A DNA stretch of 64,000 nt from Camelus dromedarius (Eukaryota): the NCBI RefSeq assembly GCF_036321535.1, contig NC_087438.1, positions 14,014,001-14,078,000 on the forward strand. The letters run 5' to 3'. Below the pieces are notes generated by a model. It worked only from the letters and a program-made list of their open reading frames with translations. It ran no database searches and was not told the origin of the DNA. A program made the position numbers and the translations under genes. Within the stretch, counting starts at the first letter, position 1. Every line of letters begins with the position of its first letter. Positions 53,625-64,000 of this stretch are shown piece after piece.

Positions 53625-53642
53625 TGGTGATCAGAAGCAGGA
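53625..53642 (+). promoter_or_regulatory. Primer binding site, tRNA-Leu-like
   Basis: tggtgatcagaagcagga just after the LTR, similar to TGGTGTCAGAAGTGGGA (complement of the tRNA-Leu 3' end). Confidence 0.7.
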
Positions 53643-53989
53643 GCTGAAGGAGAAGACCCCTGAGAAATCACTGACCCCCTGAATTATGTGAGGTACCCAC
53701 ACGAGTCCTTTGTGCTTTCGGCTTCCATGAATTTTTATTTTTCCTTCCTCTTGGCTTGGTTAGTGTCCCCTCAGATCCAAGCTTCCTCCTTTTGGTTGAG
53801 CCGTTTTTATTCAAAATCTGTTTTAAAGGCTTCATCCTTTCTGGTGAGTACTTGTTGTGTTTTGTTTTGTTTAAATCTTTGAGTCACGGGATCCCAACCT
53901 GCTAAATTCTCTCAGGAGAATTCTCCTCCTGGGAACCTGACCAGTTTTATTTTAAAAAAAAGACAAAAAAACAAAACAAAACAAAAAAA

Positions 53990-55360
53990 AACCAGAGTCC
54001 CTCCTCATGCACATTTTTAATTAATTGGACCTACTAATGTAAAAAATAATTTAGAGCTCTAATGGCCATGATGGGGAAACCTTGATCTGCCCAAACTTTT
54101 CTTAAAACCAAATTAGAAGACTGGCTCTAAAACAGAACAAGCTGAATGGGGTTGTTACCATTTCAATAGGTATTTTGAGGCTTCTAAGCCTATTCAGGGC
54201 CCTAGAATGGCCTCTTTACAAAAATCCATGTATAAGCTAACTGATGTGAACAAACAACTGAAAGAAACAAAACAAAATCTGAGCCTCTTTCTTTCTTCTC
54301 CCGTCACAGTCTCTGTCCTCGCTTCCTTTACACTGTTTCCTTCCGAGCCTCTTCCTGCTCCTCCCTTCTCTAAACCCATTAGAACCTGACCCTTTAAAAT
54401 AAGACCCTGTGAGGATCCTAATATCTTAGGTTCCTAGGACTAAGGCCAAAATACTAGCCATACTCAGAGATTTTTTTTTAAGAGTAACGGAGGACCCCCA
54501 TAGATTTGCCAAGAAATTTAATAAAGTATATTACATTTATATTATATATAAATTTATATTACATATAAATAAAATTTTATATAATATTTAATATAAATAT
54601 TCACATAATATTTGATATAAATATAAATTATAAATATAATATAAATATAAAAATACAATATAGTATATTAATTAATATCAGACTTAACAGCCAGATTTCT
54701 GAGACTTAAACCAGCTGGTTCACATGCTTGTTGGTGAAGGCCAAGCCTAACACCGCTTGACAATAGCTGATAGAGATCATCCTGAAATACTTCTAAAACT
54801 GCGAATGAGAGACCACCACCCTTCCTTGTCATGTGATCAAGCTCAGCAATCACTAAATGATGTCACCTGGAAATCCCTGAGGCTTTCCCAAACCCTGCTG
54901 ATTGAAATAAGATCCTGGCTTATATCCAGAGGCCCAGTGAGCCCATATGTGAGCATTACAGCCAGCTTCAAATCGTTTTTAAGGAAAATTCTGGCCTTCC
55001 TACAGGTCGTGAATCTACTCAGGTAGCCTTCACCTCTCCGTTCATTAATGGATTGAACTGGAATCTTTCCCTTCCAGGTAAAAGGACCAGGATGGAATGG
55101 GAGACAATGTCCACGCCAGCTTTCCTCAATTTAGCAAATTGGCTCACCTGCACTCTGGATGATTCAACTAAAAGGAAGACCACTAAAATCCTAAATGTTC
55201 AACTCCAATTAAGTAGAGGCCCCTAAACCAAACCAAACCCCTCCTGGTTTTTGTCATCTCTGCAAAAAGCCAAGCCATTGGAAGAAAGATCGTTACAAAT
55301 GTAAGCATTGCAGGTGATTTCAGCTCTGTAATCAGCCTTTCCAAATGCCTCCTCATTCCC
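53990..55360 (+). pseudogene. gag: ERV gag remnant
   Basis: MA-like ttagagctctaatggccatgatgggga near 54051; zinc knuckle CHLCKKPSHWKKDR at 55252-55293 (last Cys replaced by Arg, CGT); multiple stops and frameshifts. Confidence 0.8.
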
Positions 55361-55364
55361 AATT

Positions 55365-58300
55365 ATGGAACTCTGAGGAACTACAAGTGCTTTCCCCAAT
55401 CCTTCCTCTTAACCAGCTTGGAGAAATAACTCTCCAGATTGGGAATGAATCTCTTTCTCCTTATTGACACTGGAACTGAATTCTTGGTGCTCAACCCCAG
55501 TGCTATTAAATAGTCCCTGCCTTCGAGTATTCAAACTGTTCACAGTGGGGTCCCTAATAAGCCTCAACAGTATCCGGTCTCTAAACCTATTCCCTTTTGT
55601 GTGGACCTGCTAAGAAATACTCATCCTTTTCTCCTTAGTTTCTCTGTCCTTATTCATTTATTGGGGTAAGATTTCTTAGAGAGCTATGATACCAGAATTT
55701 CTTCCTCAAAAAGAGAGAGAGAATTCTAGAATTCGGTAGCAGCAACCAAAATAGCCAACCAGGTGAATCAAATATCCCTCCACACAGTTTGTTCCCCCCA
55801 TCTTCGACACTGGAGCTAATTTAAAGGATATTAACCATTTGTCCTTATGGGATCAACTGCAAGGCATCAAGCCCATAATGGAAGATTATAAGGCTCAGAG
55901 TCTGATCATCCCCTGCACTAGTCCCTGTAACAACCCTGCAATATTCTTAATTTGCCTGTGAGGAAACCCAGTGGCCACAGAAGGAGACTTCGACGAAATT
56001 TCCAAACCATAAATAATATTGCTATCCACCTGATAAAATTCTTATCCGTAAAGGAACACAGAATCTCCAAGGAAAACTTGCAGTTTGTTTCAAACTCGGA
56101 TTCAGTACTTGGGGCACCTGATCTCAGGACAAGGACTATTGCTAGATCCAAATAGGCTTCATGACATCCTGAACTTCCCCAAACCCAAAACTAAATACCA
56201 ATTACGAGATTTTTGAGGGACTAGCTGGCTACTGTCAAAATTGGACTCTCTTACAGTCCAATCCCTATATGCTTTACTAAAAAATAACAAATCTGACCCT
56301 ATTATTTGAGATCAGGATAACTTAAACTTTAAAGTTCTAAAGGAAAGTTTGATAAATCCCCTTGCCCTTGGACATTTCAGTTACCAACTTCCTTTTCTAC
56401 ATTTTTTTTTATTTGAAAAGGAAAGGAATGTCCTTGGAGTACTCATCCAAAAATATGGGGCCCTCCATGGACCCACAGGGTATTATGGCCAACAGCTAGG
56501 CACTGTGGTGTGAGGATACCCATTTGCCTCAGAGCCACTTCTGCCACTGCCCTCTTAGTCAAAGCCACCAAAGAGATAGTCATGGGGTCCCATCCAACCA
56601 TCTTTGTACCTCATGCAGTAGAAGCCATCCTGAATTCTCATCGCATTCAACAGCTTTCAGCCAGTTGCCTCACCTCCTGTGAAACCCTGTTAGTGCCTAC
56701 TCCCCATATTAACCTTCTTGCTGTAATAATCTTAACCCTGCCACTCTTTTTCTCCCTTTTATGGATAATACTCCTCGTGACTGTTTGACAGATTGCCTCC
56801 TGACTCACCATGATGACTTGTAGGAAAATCCTTTGGATAATGCTGACTTTCCATGGTTTACTGATGGTTCTTATTTGAAAGGTGAAAATGATAAATATTT
56901 TGGTGGGTTTGCTATTGAAACTCCTTTTGAAGTCACTGAGGCAGCATCCTTGACTACCTCGGCCCAATAGCTAAATTGTACACTTACTTAGGCCTGCATT
57001 TAGCCAACAGCAAACCTACAAATATCTATGCTGACAGTATGTATGACTTTGGAGTAGCTTATGACTTTGTTTCCTCAAAGGAACCAACAACCAAACCACT
57101 ATCATGGTCCAAAAGGGTGTTTGCCCAAATGATAATCTATAAAAACTGACTAGAGATGTCCAACAATCATCCCCAGAGAAGGAAAATCAATATTTAAATC
57201 TAATAACCGTCGGTTCCATAAAGAGAGAAATTGGGCTTGAGCCAAATGATAATCCAGTTCTGCCAGACATGCTAAAATTCCCACTACTAACCACGGTACG
57301 TGTACTGCATCATTGGCTTACTGACAGAATAACCTTTGTGAACCAATACTGGTGGAGAAATATTATCAAGGTCACAAACAATGCCTACCTTGCTTGCCCT
57401 GACTATCCAAAACATAATTCAAGAAAACCTGTCTGCAGTGTTTCCAGACACTTACAATTCTTCAACGGGCTATTTGAGGTTTGGCAGGTGGATTTTATTG
57501 TGTCCCCCATCTCAAGGATATAAATATGTCTTGGTAATGGTTTGGATATTATTTCACTGGAATAAAGTCTTCTCTTACAGACAAGTTACTGCTGCATCTG
57601 TGGAGCATCTCTATAGGGAATCCCCCTTCAAACTTCACAGTGACCAGGGAAACTCACCTTACTTGTCAAATGCTTCAACAGGTACTTTCTTTTTGGCCAG
57701 TTTTGCAACACTTTCATTTGCTTACCATGCTCAATCCTCAGGGCTAGTGGAACTAAGGGAAATTTGTAAAGACCCTTCAAATAGAGTCTCTGCATATTTG
57801 TGCCAAAGGCACTGCCAATAGTCCTTCTAAATCTCAGGTCTCGGAACCCATAAACTCTTACCCTTTGAGATAATCCCAGGATGCTAACTACATTTGGCTT
57901 CTACTTCTTTTGATCCAAAAGCTGGTAAAATACTTCAACAGTGTTTCTGTTAAGAATACCATGCTGTTACCAAACAGGAGAGGAATAAATTCAAAGCATG
58001 GGGGACTAATTTATCCAATTTGTATCTGTAACAAACTACTATACATAAAATAAATAAGAAACGAGGATTTACTGTATAGCACAGGGAACTATATGCAATA
58101 TCTTGTAATAACCTATAATGGAAAACAATCTGAAAAAAAATATATATCTATCTGAATCACTTTGATATATACCTGAAACTAACACAATATTATAAATCAA
58201 CCATATGCCAATTCAAAAAAAATTAAGCACACTTCAGTAGAACAGTGTTTTTACAGCATGTTCCCAGGAGCCAGAGACCTTAAATGTCACACCTTCAGGC

Positions 58301-58514
58301 TAGTGATTTAATCTACTGGAAAAGATATCTCTAGAAAGTAACTCTTCAACCCCAATGGAAAGGATCTTATCAGGTACTAATAACCAATTCTTGTGCTGCT
58401 AAATTGCAAGGAATAGACTGTTGGACCTACACGTTGCATTTAAAGAAAGCACCAAACCCTGACTGGACCTACACACCAACTGATGACCTGAAAATAAAGC
58501 TTTTCAGGAATTGA
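55365..58514 (+). pseudogene. pol: ERV pro-pol remnant (PR, deleted RT, RNase H, IN)
   Basis: LIDTG at 55460-55474; LLG*DFLE near 55658; IPCTSPCN and LPVRKP near 55908-55969; WFTDGSY at 56854; NIYADS near 57021; WQVDF near 57482; LHSDQG; YHAQSSGLVE; LQPQWKGSYQVL near 58344. Confidence 0.88.
57966..58222 (+). mobile_element. Cetartiodactyl-type L1 3' UTR tail inserted into the ERV integrase region
   Basis: caaactactatacataaaataaataag...tactgtatagcacagggaactata...cacttt...acctgaaactaacacaatatt plus A-run. Confidence 0.85.
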
Positions 58515-58548
58515 GCAGGGAACAGCTGAGAGAGACAGCTTTCCTAAA

Positions 58549-58946
58549 ATGACAGGGCCACCTTCTTCCTCAGTGTTGCTTCTTATCTCTTCCCTCTTTC
58601 TTGGCCCAATCTATTGTAAAAGGGAAAAACCTTTTGTTTCTGTCACCAGAAATTCCACTCTATTAATGATGCTGGAGATCCCTTGGCTTTACCTGTAACC
58701 AATTTCTCTCTTTGGAAGACTTTTAGAAAAGACCCCTTTAGGCTGAGATGATTGTTTGCAGAATGCCTGCTCCTTATCTTACTCTGTATAATAATTTTTA
58801 AGCTTTATAATGGTTGGCTGCCAAAAGCTTGTAGAAACAATGTGCTCAACAGGGTGATGCTAGCTCAGCACTTTGAGATGACCTCCAACACTTACGACAT
58901 TAAGACTTACACCTCAGATGGGAAATGCCTAAGAGCTTCCTCCTAA
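58549..58946 (+). pseudogene. env: ERV env remnant, heavily deleted
   Basis: QSIVKGKNL / CFCHQK...DPLALPVTNFS, then in the same frame hydrophobic LFAECLLLILLCIIIFKL; lies between the pol stop and the PPT. Confidence 0.6.
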
Positions 58947-59152
58947 AATTTCTCATTACTCAAGTGTGGTCTCAACTGTTTCCAAGTGGTGTACTTTCCC
59001 TCCAAATTAGGGCATGACAACCGAGAAAGGGTCTTTCCTGGCACAGAGGGAAGAACCACTTCAGTGGATGAAACCACTAAATACAAAAAATCTGACTCTT
59101 TGACTCTTGATCAGTGATGCTTTTAAGGAAAGATTTAATCAAAAGGGGGATA

Positions 59153-59490
59153 TGTGAACATGAATAAAGGAAATCTCATATAAAATGGAGTCGGGAAGCC
59201 CTGAAAGGGTAGCTCTCAGGCGTGTATCACCCATTGTGGCTTAAAGACCACGGCAGAAAGAAAGATTTCCTCCTGACTTGGTAACAAGGTTCCCCACCAC
59301 CTGCAGCCAATGAAAAATCACCAGAGCCCTCTCTAATCTCCTTTCCTCTATAAAAGCAAGCCCCTCTTCCGCACTGTCAGGACTTGCCTATAGTTAGCCA
59401 TAGTTTGCTTGTCCCAAATTGCAATACTTTGCTAACCTGAATGAACTCCCTTTGCTGGTAAAATAAATGGTTCTTTTGTGAAGGTCTACA
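59153..59490 (+). repeat. ERV 3' LTR preceded by a polypurine tract (aaaaggggga, 59141-59150)
   Basis: TGTGAACATGAATAAAGGAAATCTCAT...GGTCTACA; ccaat and ctataaaa boxes; homologous to the 5' LTR. Confidence 0.9.
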
Positions 59491-59899
59491 AAAATGATAT
59501 AGGTTCAAAAGTTAAAGGCAGTGAAATTGGGGTAGTTTAGCCAATATAAATAGAACTCAAATGCACTCCTATGCTGGTACAGACAATATGTAAATAACCT
59601 GAAACAACCAATAGAAGAGTCACATAGGTTGGCTTGGATCTCGGTGTGCTTACCTAGAACACCTAAAACATGTAGAATGAAGAATCAGGTACTGTCTTAA
59701 AAGGCACGTTAGGGTCTAAATTGTTAACATTACTGTAGGTGAATTAGAATGAAACAGTACTGAGACGAAAGTTGTATTTCTCCTTGATCAAAGAATAAAT
59801 AGATGGAGAATCACTAAATATCTTACAGCTCAAAGTTGTCATGGAGACTGATCTTTGGTTTCTCCTACATTTCAAAAGTAAAATAGGTTTATATTTGAA

Positions 59900-62690
59900 G
59901 TGTTTCAAAACATTTGGGACGACATGAAGATTGTTTAAGAAAATGATTAAAATTAATAGAACTTTATCCAGAGTAAGGAAAAAGAGGAGAATTATGAATA
60001 TTGGGAATGAGAGAGATTATTTTAATTCTATAAATAATAAAAAGAGAGTATGAACGATTTTACTTCAATAAATTCAACAACTTAGATACAATTAGCAAAT
60101 TCCTTAAAGATACAAATTTTCATACCTCGCTGAAGAAGACTGATACTACTAATGGCCCTGTATCTATTAAAAAATTGAACTTGTAGTTTAAACTTTTCCA
60201 AAAACAAAAACGCCTTCAGGATTAGATGGTTTAACTGGTAAATTTAGTCAAACATTTTTTAAGAAAATAAACAATTTTACCTAAATCCTTTCAGAAAATT
60301 GAAGAGGATGGACTAAAATGCTTTCCAACTCATTTTGTAATTCCACCTGGTACCAAAACAAGACAAAAATATGACTATGGAAGTACAGATAAATATCACT
60401 CATGAACACAGATAAATTCCAGAAATATTAGCAAATCAAATCCATCAACATATGGAAAAGCCAAAAGATCTTGAACAAGTTGAGAATCTCAGGAATAGAA
60501 TGCAGATTTAACATTTGAAAAAATGAATGTAGTTTACCATATTAAACTAAAAATAACAAAAACTGCTAACGTTTCAATAGACATACGTAAAACATGGGCA
60601 AAATATGATACTCTTTACTGATTGAAAAATAAAAAATCCTAGCAGCAAACTAGAAACAGAAGAAAGCATATTAACCTGATGAAGGTCATCTACGGAAAAC
60701 ATACATCAACACCGTATGATTAAGTATGAAAGATGGAATGCTTTCCTCCTCAACATCAGAAACATGACAAAAGTATATTCTATCATCACCTGTATTTTAC
60801 ACTTTACTGGAGGTTTTAGTCTAAGAAATAAAGCAAAAAAGACAAATAAAAACTCTCTGGATTGGAAAAAGAATAAGTAAAACTGTGTGAATTTATAGAT
60901 GATGTTATTATCTAAGTAAAAAATCCTACTGAGTCTACAAAAATGTTAGAACTTACAAGTCAGTTTAGCCAGATGAAAGGATGCAAGATTAAAATAAAAA
61001 AAAAATTATCTCTATATACAAGTAACCAACAAACAAAATTGTACATGACTAAGAGAAATTAAATATGGCCAAGGAAAGTTAAAGAAAACCTATTTATAAG
61101 GAGAAATAACTGTATATGAATCAGAAAACTCAATATTTTTAAGATGCCTAGTCTCCAAAACTGATCCATAGGTTTAACATCATCACATTCAAAACCCTGG
61201 TAGGCTTTTTTTTTCTCTAAACCAACAACAGAATTCTAAACTTCAAATGGTAATAAAAGAACCAAGGACAGCTAAAATCATATTGAAAAAGAAAAAAAAA
61301 TGATTTTGGAGGATGAACCCTACACCATTTCAAGACTATTTATGAAAGTTTAGTGCTCAAGACAGTGTGGTATTGCACGAAGATAGACAGATACACTACT
61401 GAAAAATAATAGTGAGTCCCTGCATACACCCATACATCCATGGCCAAATGATTTTTCAACAAATACACGAAGGCAATGCAGGGGAAAATTGATACTCTTT
61501 TCAGCAACTGAAGTGGGAACTATTGATATACATGCATATTTAAGTAAACTTCCTTCTATAATGAACATATATAAACAAATTAACTCAAAACGGACCATAG
61601 TATTAATAGTGCAACTAAAACTGTAAAACTTTGGGAACAATATTTAAAAACTTTGTGACCTTGAGTTAGGCAAAAAAAGTTTTTTTTTGGTTGTTTTTGT
61701 TTGTTTGCTTTTTGATATAACACTAAAAGCACGATCTATTCAGGAGAACATTGATACATTGGAATTCATCAAAGTTTTAAAATTTGCTCTTTGGACACTT
61801 TTGTTAAGGGAATGAAAGCACAAGTTGTACACTGGGTGAAATTACATGTATGACATATGAGACATAAATGATCGTTCTCCAGAATGTTTAAGAAACTAAA
61901 TCATTAATAAAAATCAACTCAGCAAAATATATGGGTAAAATATTTGACCAGAGAAGACGGAATATAAGTACAAGGAAGAACACTCAAGATGATGAGTCAT
62001 TAGGGAAATTCAACTAAAAATGCCCTGAGATACCACAACAGACGTTTATAATAACAATAAGGACTGACCATGCCAAACGTTGGCAAGGATGTGAAGGAAC
62101 ACAAAGATTCACCTACACTACTGGTGAGAATGTAAAATGGTACAGTGGCCCATTTCTTAGAAACATTTACATATAGCTACTGTATGATCCAGCAGTACAC
62201 TCCTACATATTTTTTCAAGAGAAAGGAAAGCACGTGTTCATATAAAGAGCTATCCCCAAATGTTCTTAGCGGTTTCTTTGTTATAGCCAAAACCATGAAA
62301 TAGCTCATCTCTCTCCATTAACAGGCAGATGGATAAGCACATCTTGATAAATATACACTGTAGAATAGTTTGTAGCAAAAATCAAACTCACAAAAACCAC
62401 AACTGTTTATGTAAGATATAACGTGGAAAAATCTCAAAATAATTATTCTGATTAAAAGAAGGTAGACAAAATAGAGCACTTTCTTCATGATGCCATTTAT
62501 TCCAAACACTGGGAAATCCAACCTATCTATAAAAATAGATGGAGCAGATGAGACGGATTTCTAAGGGGCATCAGGAAAATTTTGGGATGGTGGATACCGT
62601 GACCTTTTTGATTGTCTGTATGTATAACAAATCTTATAAAATGACATGTTTGTATTTATTACATGTCCCTTATACCCTGACAAAATGCAA
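59900..62690 (+). mobile_element. Old L1 (L1MC/MD-like) ORF2 to 3' UTR
   Basis: Degenerate ORF2 motifs (ataaattcaacaacttagat, tttccaactcattt, tcaagacagtgtggtattg, gttggcaaggatgtg) and 3' UTR (aaggggcatcaggaaaattttggg). Confidence 0.8.
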
Positions 62691-62759
62691 AAGAACAATA
62701 ATGAGGCCATAAATTCCTCATATTCAAGAAACTATATAAACTGCTTCTTGATAATCATC

Positions 62760-62920
62760 CATCCATCCATTTAATCAGTCATCATCTGCCCAATCTTTTA
62801 TTCACTTAATCATATATTTAATAATTCACTCATTTATTATTCATTCAGAAATATTATTAAGTGTTCACTGTAGTCACCTGTGTTCCAGGCACATGGCAGT
62901 GAACATAGAGACCAAATCTA
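62760..62920 (-). mobile_element. L2 3' end
   Basis: (catc/tcat)n then aaatattattaagtg...tgtgttccaggcac...gcagtgaaca. Confidence 0.65.
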
Positions 62921-63504
62921 GGTTCACATAAACTAGTCACACTTAAAAATAAATAAAATAGTACAAAACTAGTAGGTATTTTTTGAGTAACTACTATTCC
63001 AGATTCTGAAATAAGTAATGTTAAGGTATTTTTATTGATAGTTGAACCTATATGAAACTGTCCCTGCATAGATAACCTCTGGTTTTACTCTGTGCCAGTC
63101 TTAAAGCAGGTCTCAGGAATCACCTGCCATTAGTGTACAGTCAAACTTACAAGCACTTCTGAATGGATACCCAGAAGACAGTACATACCACAAAACAAAA
63201 AAAAAATTTTTTTCCCTCTGTTCTCTGTAAGTCTTTCGTGGACTCTGTAGCCAACAGGGTACCATCTTCTCTTAAGGGTATCTCATCTCAGGCCAGTGGA
63301 TTTTAGGGAACAGCCCAGCTCCTATTTCTTCTTCTAAATGTATTATGTAAAGCTCTCCCTCTTTCTGCTCGACACAAGGCTGTCTTCTACTGGGCCGAAA
63401 GCATATTCAATACCTTTTTCAAAAATTTTATCTCTGCCCAAACAAAAGATGTTCTCTTTTGGCTAGAAAAAAATATTAAATTTTCATTTTTTACAATAAG
63501 TTCA

Positions 63505-63830
63505 TATATGTGAGCATACTTTAACAATTCATTGTATGAGGTAGGAATTATACCATTTAATAGAGGGGAAACTGAGGCTAGGGAAAGTTAATCTGACCCA
63601 GATAGGACAAAAAATAAATAGCTAAGACAGACACACACACAGGACTCTACAACACCAAAATGCAAAACCTTAACTTTCACAGGATAATATCACTGAAAAG
63701 AAGTTGAATAATGCCTTTGGTTATTTTAATTATCACACCACCACTACAAATTTGGTTTCACCTTCTTTTTTTCTAATGAGGGACTCTAATATCAGAGAGA
63801 TTAAGAAACTTGCTTAACGTTATTGTTTTA
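63505..63830 (-). mobile_element. Two MIR fragments
   Basis: tatgaggtagg...ccatttaatagaggggaaactgaggct and aatgagggactct...cagagagattaagaaacttgc. Confidence 0.7.
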
Positions 63831-64000
63831 AGTAGACAATAAGTTACTGCAACAAATAGAGGTGAAATATAATATGAGAATAATTTTTTCTCAATTATTG
63901 TGTCCAGAGGTAAGCAATCTATTTCTAGCATGGCAACTCTGCCATCCTCAATTCCACGTCTGGATCCAAAATTCTCATTCCTGCTTTTGCATGTCCCAGC

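Larger units (their letters stand above)
53281..59490 (+). mobile_element. Class I (gamma-like, probably MER4/MER34-group) endogenous retrovirus; two-LTR defective provirus, antisense to CDH18
   Basis: Two homologous LTRs, PBS, gag/pro/pol/env remnants in order, PPT; flanks aaga / aaaa (4-bp TSD, 1 mismatch). Confidence 0.93.

Noticed and set aside
1..64000. CRISPR arrays, operons, tRNA/rRNA genes, CpG island
   Set aside because: None seen. The sequence is CpG-depleted mammalian intron, and the only tRNA-related match is the ERV PBS.

Overview
AT-rich, CpG-poor mammalian intronic DNA. It contains one protein-coding exon: a 295-nt internal exon of the type II classical cadherin CDH18 (minus strand, 27972-28266, canonical AG/GT, encoding most of EC1 and the start of EC2). 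I found no other exon, so the rest is read as two large CDH18 introns. These are dominated by LINE-1 of several ages, plus MaLR (MLT1) LTRs, solo ERV LTRs, hAT and Tigger MITEs, and L2/MIR relics. There is also a two-LTR class I ERV provirus (53281-59490) with a tRNA-Leu-like PBS, gag-pro-pol-env remnants, and in-frame deletions of the RT core and most of env. The young L1 3' UTRs and the absence of recognisable Alu, B1/B2, Bov-tA, PRE1, CHR or Can-SINE suggest a cetartiodactyl, most likely a camelid (inference). I see no convincing novel biological system. The most notable items are the streamlined provirus, a young antisense L1 about 290 nt from the exon's acceptor, a closely related inverted L1 pair bracketing the exon, a twin-primed L1 and nested insertions with TSDs. 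Repeat subfamily names come from recalled consensus sequences, not a database search, and boundaries of old repeats are approximate.
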